A stretch of DNA of 62,644 nt, filler included, from Squatina squatina (Eukaryota): assembly GCA_031763465.1 (NCBI GenBank). It is 3 parts of 3 records of this genome, joined end to end, with 100 filler letters (N's around TTAATTAATTAA, not from the genome) between each part and the next. Parts side by side here need not be neighbours in the genome. Positions count along the whole stretch, not along the records: positions 1 to 30,307 come from JARFOE010000057.1; 2 more parts are not named here. One strand, written 5' to 3'. How positions within the stretch are numbered: position 1 is the first letter of the stretch; the number at the start of each line of letters is the position of its first letter. The position numbers were made by a program, and so were the translations under genes. Positions 12,158 through 24,317 of the stretch are shown here, in pieces. The notes under the pieces were generated by a model. That model worked only from the letters and a program-made list of their open reading frames with translations, was not told the DNA's origin and made no database searches.

Positions 12158-12500
12158 AGGTCTTTTATCCCAATAGCCTCCCTCCAAACTTAAATAATGT
12201 TACAGTCCTTCTCGGATTTCCCTCCTTTTATCGAACCGGCTTCCCGATTGAATTTTCCTCTCCGGACTCTCTCTCACATTCCACTGCTGGCACACCCATC
12301 CAGAAAACATTACAATCTGAACCTTGAGCAGTAGCGGTGATATAGTCGTTGAGTGGAGACAGAAGCAGGTGAACACACCACATTGTTTGTTTGACAACAC
12401 TGGTGAAAGGGTTTGCTGCAACTGGGACGAGACGAGAGGAAGAAGCATAGGGACGTGAACTGTGCTCCTAACCATCTGTTTATCCCCTTGTTTTTCCTGA

Positions 12501-12728
<228 letters not shown>

Positions 12729-13045
12729 TAAAGGATCACCCTCTATTCTTGGCATTCAAATGATATATGGTTGGCCGTTCCTAAAGCATCCCTTCTGTGG
12801 TATAGCTTGTGACCTCAACACTCTTGGATGAAGTGATTGCACCTAAATTACTTCATTATTCACTAGAAACTTCGGTATATAAAAGCGGAGAATAAAACAT
12901 TGCATCGTACTGTTGTGGATGCCCTTTAGGCCATATTAAAGCGAAGTTATTCAGCCAGACACGGCACTGTAATTGCTCACAAGTCTGCATTAAACAATTA
13001 ATAAGCTTGAATTGGACCAATGAAACATATAGCTTGAAGCCTTGA

Positions 13046-13267
13046 CAACAACAACTTGCATTTATATAGCGCCTTCAACGCAGTATAATGACCTGAGGTG
13101 CTTCACAGGAGTGTCAGCAAACAAAATTTGACACTGAATCCTAGAAGGAGATATTAAGACAGGTGACCAAAAGCTTGGTCAAAGAGATATGGTTTTAAGG
13201 AGTGCCGTAAAAGGAGGAGAAAGTGGTTAGAGAGGCGGAGAGGTTTAGGGAGGGAATTCCAGAGCTT
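13046..13267 (-). mobile_element. L2 LINE 3' end
   Basis: Reverse strand gives LWNSLPKPLRLS...FLTKL, then the GGCGCTATATAAATGCAAGTTGTTGTTG tail. Confidence 0.75.
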
Positions 13268-13916
13268 NNNNNNNNNNNNNNNNNNNNNNNNNNNNNNNNN
13301 NNNNNNNNNNNNNNNNNNNNNNNNNNNNNNNNNNNNNNNNNNNNNNNNNNNNNNNNNNNNNNNNNNNTAACTTCTTGAGCATGGGATTCACGCACCGCAG
13401 GAACCTTGACTGTGAAGGGGAGGCGGAAGCTCAGTGGCCATTGTGCGCGTCCATTAATTGAAAGCTGGGAAAAACACATACGTACTCCCAGGTTACACCA
13501 GCTTACTTGCTTCATGGATTACATTGCCACTTGCTCAGCCCAGTTTGTGCAAAGGTTTAGCTGTCAGGAGTTTGCAGGTCATTTCTACAACCTTGGTAGC
13601 CATTCTCACCACATTATTAGTCACTATCACAACATTGAGGGATTGGGTTTCTGATCTCCAATTTACCTGTCATCTATTACAAAAGCATGAGTGCAGCTTA
13701 TGGTGTCTCACCTTTGACCTCAGAATCGGAACAAGATGAGCCACAACACCAACAACACCAGCCGCACCAGCAGCACCAGCCAAAATACCACCAGCAGCAG
13801 CAATCCTAAAGCAGCCTTCTCCTCAAAGAACTGATGCTCCATAGGAGAGAGGGGGTCAGCACAGAGCTTCACCACATCAGAGGTGATACTCCCAACAAAC
13901 AGTATACAGGCAGAGG

Positions 13917-14724
13917 ATGAGCTTCCTGGACATAAATGAGCAGCAGTGCTTCAGGAGGCTCAGGCTATTGTGCCAGGTTGCCGCAGACATTTGTATCTTG
14001 CTGGATCAAGACCTGCTGCCCAGAGGAGCTGGTGGACATTCCTTACCAGTGGCTGTCAAAGTCACCACCACCCTCAACTTCTTCGCTCAGGCTCATTCCA
14101 GGGATCTGCAGCAGACACTTGCGGCATTTCACAATCAGCTGCCCACAGATGCATCACCCAAGTGACCATGTTTGACAAGTCAGCCAATTATGTCAACTTT
14201 GCCACTGATGAAGCCAGTGTTACTGAGCAGGCGCTTGGCTTTGCAGCTCTGGCTGGCTTTCCACAGGTGCAGGGCATCATCAACTGCACACGTATGGCCA
14301 TCAAGGCACTCCCAGATCACCCAGGAGTGATTCTGAACCTCAAGGGCTTCCACCCCTTCAATGTGCAGCTCATCTGCAATCATCATTTTTGTGCCAGATC
14401 CGCTGGCAGCTGTCATGATTCTTTCGTGCTGCGACAGTCCACCCTCCTTCAGCTCTTTGCACCTCCAAACAAACACACTGGCTGGCTGCTTGGAGACAAG
14501 GGCTATCCACTGAAGGCATGGCTGATGACACCCTTTAGGAGGCCAAGTACTGAGGGCGAGGAGCATTATAATGACAGCCACATGTCCACCAGATGTGTTA
14601 TAGAGCAAGAAATAGGCATGCTGAAGATGCACTTCAGATGCCTTGATAGATTTGGAGGAGCCCTTCAATACACACCAGCCAGGGTCTCCAGAATTATTGT
14701 TGTTTGCTGTAAACCGCACAACAT
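13917..14724 (+). pseudogene. Harbinger (PIF/HARBI1-like) DDE transposase, frameshifted
   Basis: [14 protein letters not shown]...LNFFA / SGSFQ...[12 protein letters not shown]...GSCHDSFV...[15 protein letters not shown]...[20 protein letters not shown]; frameshift near 14085, first catalytic Asp changed to Asn, short deletion after ICNHH; element likely begins by ~13368. Confidence 0.9.
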
Positions 14725-14824
14725 NNNNNNNNNNNNNNNNNNNNNNNNNNNNNNNNNNNNNNNNNNNNNNNNNNNNNNNNNNNNNNNNNNNNNNNNNNNN
14801 NNNNNNNNNNNNNNNNNNNNNNNN

Positions 14825-16408
14825 CTCACAGTTCACACTGACACTCTGCCTCACAGTTCACACTGATACTCTCCCTCGGTCACAGCTGAAACTGACACTC
14901 TGCCCCCCTCATAGTTCACACTGAAACTCTCCCTCGGTCACAGTTCACACTGACACTCTCCCTCACAGTTCACACTGACACTCTCCCTCGGTCACAGTTC
15001 ACAGTGACACTCTCCCTCACAGTTCACACTGACACTCTCCCTCACAGTTCACACCGACAATCTCCTTCGGTCACAGTGCACACTGACACTCTACCCCCCT
15101 CACAGATCACACTGACACTCTCCCTCGGTCACAGTTCACACTGACACTCTCCCTGGGTCACAGTTGAAACTGACACTCTCCCTCGGTCACAGTTCACATT
15201 GACACTCTCCCTGGGTCACAGTTGAAACTGACACTCTCCTACGGTCACAGTGCACACTGACACTCTCCTCGGTCACAGTTCACACTGACACTCTCCTTCG
15301 GTCACAGTGCACACTGACACTCTCCCTCACTCACAGTTCACACCCACACTCTCACTCCCTCACAGTTTACACTGACACTCTCCGTCGCTCACAGTTCACA
15401 CCCACACTCTCCATCGGTCATAGTTCACACCCACACTCTCCCTCACAGTTCACACTGACACTCACCGTCCCTCACAGTTCACACCCACACTCTCCCCCAC
15501 TAACAGTTCACACTGACACTCTCCCCCCCTCACAGTTCACACTGACACTCTCCCTCACAGTTCTCACTGACACTCTCCCTCCCTCACAGTTCACACTGAC
15601 ACTCTCCCTCAAGTTCACACTGACACTCTCCCTCCCTCACAGTTCACACCGACACTCTCCCTCCCTCACAGTTCACACTGACATTCTCCCCACCTCACAG
15701 TTCACACTGACACTCTCCCTCCCTCACAGTTCACACCAACACTCTCCCTCGGTCACAGTGCACACTGACACTCTCCCCCCTTCACAGTTTACACTGACAC
15801 TCTCCCTCACAGTTCACACCCACATTCTCCCTCACAGATCACACCGACACTCTCCCCCCCTCACAGTTCACACTGACACTCTCCCTCACAGTTCACACTG
15901 ACACTCTCCCTCCCTCACTGTTCACACTGACACTCTCCCTCACAGTTCACAATGACACTCTCCCTCGATCACAGTGCACACTGACACTCTCCCTCACAGT
16001 TCTCACTGACACTCTCCCTCACTCACAGTTCACACTGACACTCTCCTGCCCTCACAGTTCACACTGACACTCTCCCTCACAGTTCTCTCTGACACTCTCC
16101 CTCACTCACAGTTCACACTGACACTCTCCCTCACAGTTCACACTGACACTCTCCCTCACAGTTCAAACTGACACTCTCCCCGCCTCAGAGTTCACACTGA
16201 CACTCTCCCTCACATTTCACACCCACACTCTCCCTCACAGTTCACACTGACATTCTCCCTCACAGATCACACCAACACTCTCCCTCCCTCACAGTTCACA
16301 CTGACACTCTCCCTCGGTCAAAGTGCACACTGACACTCTCCCCCCCTCACAGTTCACACTGACACTCTCCCTCACAGTTCACACTGACACTCTCCCTCCC
16401 TCACTGTT
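14825..16408. repeat. Minisatellite, 25/29 bp unit, ~58 copies
   Basis: Unit CACAGTTCACACTGACACTCTCCCT with optional 4-bp insertion (CGGT/CCCT/CACT). Confidence 0.95.
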
Positions 16409-16508
16409 NNNNNNNNNNNNNNNNNNNNNNNNNNNNNNNNNNNNNNNNNNNNNNNNNNNNNNNNNNNNNNNNNNNNNNNNNNNNNNNNNNNNNNNNNNNN
16501 NNNNNNNN

Positions 16509-17250
16509 TCACTATTACTGAGATGCTCCCCCACTGTGACATTCTCCACTTGGCCCGCTTTATTCCCCGGGACTAGAACAGCAATTCCTCCTTCCTTATT
16601 GGACAGGAAACACACTGGTCAAGAAAATTCTCCTGAACACACTTCAGAAATTCCTCCCCTTCTCTGCCCTTTATGCCCCACTGTCCCATTCAATATTGGG
16701 CTATTTGAAGTCTCCCATTATCACATACTCCTCTCGGTAATTTGCCTCAGATTTTCACCTCGATCTCCTTCCCACTATTTGGTGGCCTATAAGTAGTGTA
16801 TAGCCCACAAGTAGTGTAATAGCTCCTCTATTACTTCTAAACTCCAACCAAATAGATTTTGTCTTTGAGCCCTCAAGGACATCCTCTCTTTCTTGCACTG
16901 TAATATTGTCCTTAATCAAGACTCATGAATATTAAATATCCAATCCTCCTCTTTTTTGAGCCAGGTCTCCGTTATCGCCATTACATCATATTCCCATGTA
17001 ACTCACCAACCTTATTAACTGCACTTCATTCAGTTGCACACATGCACTCCAAACCTAACTTCGACCTCTTTGTATTTTCTATGTTCCCACCTAATTCTGT
17101 ATTACTTCTAACTCTTGTCTCTTCCCGTCCTCTTGGCACCTTGTTTCTAATTTTAATACGACACCTTGGTGCTCAAGCCCTGCTGAATATGTTAAAACTC
17201 TCTCCCACATCACCAGTTAACATGCCCGTTGTCCTGAACTATCTCCATTC
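16509..17250 (-). mobile_element. CR1 LINE endonuclease-region fragment, degraded
   Basis: GGIAVLV and QVENVTVGEHLSNS on the minus strand. Confidence 0.65.
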
Positions 17251-20012
17251 TCAACTAGTTATTGTCTTGGTATTAATGCTACATTCTAAATTGTGTATTT
17301 GTGCATTGAGCTTATTCTCAATTGTCTTTGTCTCAAATAATCAAAAAGTACTTCAAATAACTCCGATGCATCAGGTAATGCATCTCTCACAGTGTATTCA
17401 GACTCATATCTAATGACAACTGTGAGATACCCAACAGCAGTTTGACCTCATGGACTATATAATCTTGGAAATGCTGTAATTTAACCTATGCTAATGTTAT
17501 ACGATGTACTTAACGATTAAAATGCTGGAATGCAAGACATGGCTTAACATATGACTTGTCTTTGGTTTTCTCCAAGCTGATACAATATACAAGAGACTGT
17601 ACCACCCCTTCAAATCGGTTAAACATCAGTTTACAACAAGTTTGGGATTTTGATGTACTGGATGTTAGATGGTGGTATTTGAATGGGGAGATTCAGTTCA
17701 AACCATTCCAATGTACCCACGGCCAAACCTGGTGTCTGAGAATCCTCTCCCTCCAGACTGGCAGCTCCATCTTAATTGACCAGGTGGTGTATGAAAGAGA
17801 ATCAGTATTTTTTTGTCAATGTGTGATGTATTCCTCAACGCAACATTGGAACTAAAGCAGCTTTGAGTTGTTTAGGTTTTGGAGTTGTCAGAAATAATCC
17901 AGAATCTTCAATCAATCCATGAAATGTTACTCTGGCTTGAATGTGTCTCTATCTATGATCACTTTGGATTCCTTTTTGGCCTCTTTCAGTCTGATATCTG
18001 TCTTCACAGGGTACTCGTTGATAAGTTAGCATTTCAAGGTTACAGAGTTTACCCAAGACTGTGACTATGGTGCCAAGGCTCCAAGCTCTCCCGGCTATGC
18101 CCCAGTAAAGTGGGGATGAAGAACAAATTGTGATTCAGGGAATGGGTCTGCACTCATGACTCGAAGCAAATGTTTCTAAGCAAACAATATCGCAAGAGGA
18201 ATGTGAACGTTTGATGTTAGATTTACGGAAAACAGAGAACTGGAACAGTATTCAGGAAAAGATTGGATTAATCCTCACAAGTGGAAGTTTGTGCTCCATC
18301 ATTTAATATTAATAGCCCTTGACGTCCCACAAGTTGGGAACTGGCCTTGTCATTTCTTACACTTGGTGCCATGGGTTACCCGTGAGCCTATAACCTCGGG
18401 GTTTGGGTTCACGTCCACGGGCTGANNNNNNNNNNTATCTGAAATGCCCATGTTACATTTCTGAGGGGTAAGAATTCCTCTGGTCACTGCACTCTTTACT
18501 TGCTATGCCCAGCACACACAAGAAATCTTCCTCCAAACTGAGTATGGGACACATCATGAAATTCTCCCTGACAGGAATTAGCACTGAATTAGCAAACTCA
18601 CTCAGAGAGCTGATGTGGGAAATGGAAAATCAGCACACTAATGCAGTATAGGGTGCTTTCCTGAGGTTGTTTCACTGTACAGTCTGAGGTCGACAATTCA
18701 TGAGATTATTTCACCCCCAGGTCAGTCAGGAAAAGGAGTTCCAACATGCTNNNNNNNNNNNNNNNNNNNNNNNNNNNNNNNNNNNNNNNNNNNNNNNNNN
18801 NNNNNNNNNNNNNNNNNNNNNNNNNNNNNNNNNNNNNNNNNNNNNNNNNNGTCACATTGGTGGATCTGGGCACAGCAGGGGAACAGTTAGAGTATGAGAG
18901 TGGAGAATTAGCAAAGAGTGTGCATAAATTGACATCTATTATTAATGATTCAAATCACTGTTCTGAGCCCATACATTTTTATGACTTGAAACCTTAATAA
19001 ACAGCAACAATGACAAAACAAATTAATGTATGAGGTACATGGTGACAGCAGTTATTAAAAAAACTTTCATTTATGTTAAGCCCTGTGAATGTTACTCTTA
19101 ATAAAGCCTGACAACTTGATAAGCAGTCCCAAATTTTGCAGTCAATTTGATGTTTTATTTCCAAGCTATAACACTCGAGCTGTGCAAAAAGTGCTTTCGA
19201 CACCTACTGCCAGATCCCAGCTGGCATTTTGATTTCCAATCCTTTTATTTTACTTATTACTTCATTTGCAAAGGAAACGCAGGCTCCAGACACTAAGGTA
19301 CAGGGGACAGGAAAGATTTGTCACGAGGAGTCATTTCTTCATTGCCATTGGTGTCNNNNNNNNNNTCGCAGACAAGTTCTTGATTCTAGTACAGATTCTA
19401 ACTATAAGTAACCTGCGTTTTGAGACGGGGCCCTTGGTGTTCTCGGCCAGCTGTGGCCCTCTGGATAGATTCTGCCCGTGCTGATCCAGGAGCCAGGTTA
19501 TACATGATTACGTAGGATATACGGCACAGAAACAGGCCATTCGGCCCAACCAGTCCATTCGGCCTCCTCCCGTATTTCCTCATCTAACTCTATCAGCATA
19601 NNNNNNNNNNNNNNNNNNNNNNNNNNNNNNNNNNNNNNNNNNNNNNNNNNNNNNNNNNNNNNNNNNNNNNNNNNNNNNNNNNNNNNNNNNNNNNNNNNNN
19701 CCTCCATCCACACACCAGTCCAACGCCTTCCATCTTCTCAGTCTCATTCTGGGACCAGATATCTATCCAGCTCCTTTTTGAATGAGTTGTTCAACCCTTT
19801 CACTGGGGGTTTGCCCCACAGATCAGCTCAAGCTGTGGGCCATCGGCACATAGAGCCTGGCTTCAGATTGCCACTGGCCAATCAGGAAAAACCAAAGTAA
19901 CACCTTGCCCTTGAACTAGAGCTAAGACTGTCAGCAGATATTTACACCATGTAAACTCACAGTTGCTGAGGAATAAACATCTAAAATATTCCATTTCCAT
20001 CTCTTCTCACAG

Positions 20013-20158
20013 CAGCAGAATTGAAGATGAAGATGATGATGAGGTCGGGGTGAACAAGACATGGGTTCTGGCTCCAAAATCTCAAGATGCAGATGCAACA
20101 CACATACTGAACTCGCTACTGAGGGGGTACGACAATAAACTGCGGCCAGATGTTGGCA
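20013..20158 (+). CDS. GABRG4: GABA-A receptor gamma subunit exon 2 (gamma4/epsilon lineage)
   Basis: cacag|SRIEDEDDDEVGVNKTWVLAPKSQDADATHILNSLLRGYDNKLRPDVG|gtaagt. Confidence 0.8.
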
Positions 20159-20607
20159 GTAAGTGAGCGAATTGTTACAACTGATTATCAGAGAGACTCA
20201 CCCAGCTCTCATCATAACCCTAGTGCAGGGAGACAAGGAGCAGCACTCCTACCGTGAGACCGCTCCGCACGGAATCAGCTGGACCTTTCTTAGGTTGCAC
20301 CCAGATTCTGTGCAGCTCTCGTTATAGCAAGGATAGAACACAGTGGACACAGTGTAGAGTAGATTGACAGGGGAGGGGTGGCTTCCAGTTGTGACAAGAG
20401 AAGTGAGAAGAAGCTTGGTTTACCAGAGCTGGGTACCGATTGAAGTTGGTAAAATCCTCAAAGACTAGGAAGGATTATGAAGAGGTGATCAGTGAAAGGA
20501 TTGTTCCNNNNNNNNNNNNNNNNNNNNNNNNNNNNNNNNNNNNNNNNNNNNNNNNNNNNNNNNNNNNNNNNNNNNNNNNNNNNNNNNNNNNNNNNNNNNN
20601 NNNNNNN

Positions 20608-20775
20608 AGCACTATTTCCCGGAAAGCCTTGCCCAAAGTCTCCTATATCACTGCCATGGACCTCTTCGTCTCCGTCTGCTTCATCTTCGTCTTTGCAGCG
20701 CTCATGGAGTACGCCACCCTCAACTACCTTGTAGGGACCAAGAGACCTAACCCCACAAAACGCAAACTCAAACCT
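20608..20775 (+). CDS. GABRG4: GABA-A receptor gamma4 TM2-TM3 exon (partial)
   Basis: [56 protein letters not shown]|gtacgt; STISRK, SYITAMD and ATLNYLVG match avian gamma4 as I recall it. Confidence 0.85.
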
Positions 20776-21236
20776 GTACGTTTTTAATGACCTGCCTTCT
20801 GATACCTTCAACATCCCCAAACAGATCATTATTCCCAAATAATGTCTCTGGCCACGTGGATTGATAGATTTGTACTCAAAGAACATAAAGCAATTGTGAG
20901 TGACTGGGTTGGGTTTTGATAGGTTGGGACTGGAAGTCTCTGCAACTGGTAGCGGACAATTTTCCATGTGTGCACATGCACATGCACATAATAACCCTTT
21001 CTCCAAATAGTGAAATCTAAATACTATGAAAGGACGTAATATCACAAAATGTTCCCAGGTAAAAAAAATAACAATTCGTGGAATGAAAGGTGCTGTGTTG
21101 TTTCCAAAGCTAAAGACATAACTTGCCTAGACAGAACAATATTTGGCATTCCTTCCCCGATTTCTATAGAAGTTACTTGAACCTGTACTACGCAACTTGG
21201 AAAAAGATTGAAACACTGCTTGTTTCGTCTGCAATA

Positions 21237-21660
21237 ATAGAATCACAGAATGAAAAGCACAGTTGGAGGTCATTCTGCCCATCATGCCTGTGAAAGAGCT
21301 GTCCAATAGTTCCACTCTCCCCTACCCTTTCCCCACAGNNNNNNNNNNNNNNNNNNNNNNNNNNNNNNNNNNNNNNNNNNNNNNNNNNNNNNNNNNNNNN
21401 NNNNNNNNNNNNNNNNNNNNNNNNNNNNNNNNNNNNNNTAGTCCCACTCCCCTGCAGTTTCTCCTTTTCAAATATATCCAATTCCCTTTTGAAAGTTGTT
21501 ATTGAATCTGCTTCCAGGCAGCGCATTCCAGTTCAGCACAACTCCGAATAAATAAAGTTCTCCTCATCTCTCCTCTGTTTTTTGCCAATCACCTTCTTCA
21601 ATCCTCTGGTTACTTACCCTCCTGCCACTAGAAACCATTTCTCCCAATCTACTCTTGCCA
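21237..21660 (-). mobile_element. CR1 LINE 3' fragments
   Basis: EADSITTFKRELDIF...; tail GAATCACAGAATG. Confidence 0.7.
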
Positions 21661-21857
21661 AAACCCAGCGCTTTGGGACATTCCAAATTAGTGGGAGTTG
21701 GATTTGTTTGTATAACAGCGGGTTGACTCCTGCCAGTGTGTTCTATTTCTTTGCCCTAACACACAGTGTGCTGCACCAGTTCAGTAGGCACAAGTATCAT
21801 CGCTTCATCAGATTGCATGCAGTGCCATCTAAACCCAGCCTTGTTTGTGGCTTGCAG

Positions 21858-22462
21858 GTTTTATTGTGTTTGCGGTGTGCGTTGTCACCAGCTGTCTGAT
21901 CCTGATCCTGGTGGCGGCCCCACGGTACGGGCAGAAGAATGTCCTGGTCTACATCCTCATCTGCTCGGTCATCGGTTCCCTCTCCGTCTCGTGCGTCAAA
22001 GGCCTCGGGATCGCCATCAAGGAGCTGTTTGAGGGCCAGCCTGTGCTGTCACAGCCGGTGACCTGGATCCTGCTAGTGTGCCTGATAGCCTGCGTGAGCC
22101 TGCAGATCAACTACCTGAACAAAGCCCTGGACATCTTCAACACTTCCATCGTCACGCCCATCTACTATGTCTTCTTCACCACCGCCGTCATGACCTGTTC
22201 GGCCATCCTGTTCAAGGAGTGGTATCACATGACCATCGACAACATCGTGGGCACCATAAGCGGGTTCATCATCATCGTCCTCGGGATCTTCCTGCTCCAC
22301 GCCTTCAAGAACATCAGTTTCACCCCGGGCACCCTGCCCCCGTTCCTCAGGAAGGGCGAGCCTGGCGCTGCGAGGAGCCAGCCTTACCAAGCTCTGCCAG
22401 ACCAGGAGACGGAAATCCCCAGCTGCCCAGGCGTGGATGGGACCGTGCACTGTTTCACCTGA
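21858..22462 (+). CDS. NIPA-family magnesium transporter, NIPA2-like, terminal exon
   Basis: tgcag|GFIVFAV...[37 protein letters not shown]...[27 protein letters not shown]...LFKEW...GIFLLHAFK...*; intact frame with GC3-rich codons. Confidence 0.9.
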
Positions 22463-22646
22463 GGCCTCGGCTTGCAGGAGCGGGGGCTGTCGTGGAGACG
22501 CTGAGCCACATAACGCATTCGAAGCACTTCCGATTTCCCCCACGCANNNNNNNNNNNNNNNNNNNNNNNNNNNNNNNNNNNNNNNNNNNNNNNNNNNNNN
22601 NNNNNNNNNNNNNNNNNNNNNNNNNNNNNNNNNNNNNNNNNNNNNN

Positions 22647-23505
22647 TGAGGAGATCACGATGCGCTATGAAACCGTACCCGTTCGGAAGGCAGCACGCAA
22701 CTTCATGCTGCCCGCTGATTAGCACAATTGTAGCGTGCAGCCCAGTGCTGCTGAGTGGCTGAGCACCCAGCAGGTGGCCCAAGTTCTTGTGAGATTAGCA
22801 TCAATTAAAGCTAACCTGCACTACTTAAAGGCAGTCTGCACCTCTTAAAGGAAAGGTGCCTTCTGCCTGCAACAGGTGATTAAAGTGGCTGGGATAACAG
22901 TGGACAACAAATTTATAATGATGGCACAACAGGGGAGAGATAGCGTGCACCTAGGTTCTCAGATACAGCACTTGAGGGCTTGGTTCAGGAGGTCAACTCC
23001 AGGAGAGAGATCCTCTTTCCACAGAGGACCAGGAGGCCTTCCAGGGTGCAGAGGCAACAGATAACCACTGTGGTAAGTACCAGCAGTGTAGCCCCAAGGA
23101 CCTTGACTCAGTGCAGGAAGAAGTTTAATGACCTCACGTGGTCAAGGTCAGTCAATTCATCTTCAAAAGCCATATCCCACCATCTGCACAACTAGCCTCA
23201 CACACTGCTCCATACACCATCACTCACCTAATAACAATCTACCAAACATGACTCACACCTCACATTCATTGCTTCACCTCACCCTCACATACTTACCACT
23301 GCTGCAAGCCTCACACCCACATCACACAGCTTTAGCACACTCAGCTATTCAACCATGATAGCCACATCACCCAAACACATTACAGCACACTCACTGACAG
23401 ACTTCCTTTTCCCTTACAGGAAAAGGTGGTGCATAACTGGCACCAGCAAAACTTAACTGGTGGGGGACAGGCTCACCTACATGACCTCTTCCCATGGAAG
23501 AGATG
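22647..23505 (+). mobile_element. Harbinger Myb/SANT accessory-gene remnant with an intron
   Basis: MAQQGR..RFSDTAL..LVQEVNSRREILFP...PRTLTQCRKKFNDL|gtcagt...cttacag|EKVVHNWHQQNLTGGGQ; frameshifted. Confidence 0.75.
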
Positions 23506-23859
23506 NNNNNNNNNNNNNNNNNNNNNNNNNNNNNNNNNNNNNNNNNNNNNNNNNNNNNNNNNNNNNNNNNNNNNNNNNNNNNNNNNNNNNNNNNNNNNNN
23601 NNNNNGGGCTCACACACAAAGAAAGTCTATACTTGTCCAAATGATTGGCGGATGACCGGCACGCGTGGAAACAATCTCCAGCACCTGCAGGAGGAGAGCT
23701 TGAAGCCAGAGCAGAAGCACATCACTCGTGGTGGTGATTCACTGTCTTGGAAACTCCTCCTTTAGCAGAAGTGCCCCAATAATTTCTTCCACAACCATTT
23801 TGTTCTGCTGATATTTCCCAGTGAACAGGCAAATTTAGACACTGAATAGTCACGGTTTT

Positions 23860-24217
<358 letters not shown>

Positions 24218-24317
24218 NNNNNNNNNNNNNNNNNNNNNNNNNNNNNNNNNNNNNNNNNNNNNNNNNNNNNNNNNNNNNNNNNNNNNNNNNNNNNNNNNNN
24301 NNNNNNNNNNNNNNNNN

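Noticed and set aside
13946-14724. Domesticated HARBI1 gene
   Set aside because: Frameshift, internal deletion and loss of a catalytic Asp indicate a dead transposon copy
17540-18120. Coding-like stretch (possible pseudogene or LTR-element remnant)
   Set aside because: Stops in all frames and no family I can recognise; needs BLASTX
23606-23690. Acceptor-like site (ctcctgcag) on the minus strand as the next GLRA4 exon
   Set aside because: It does not encode the expected VSYVKAID, and the in-phase frame stops quickly
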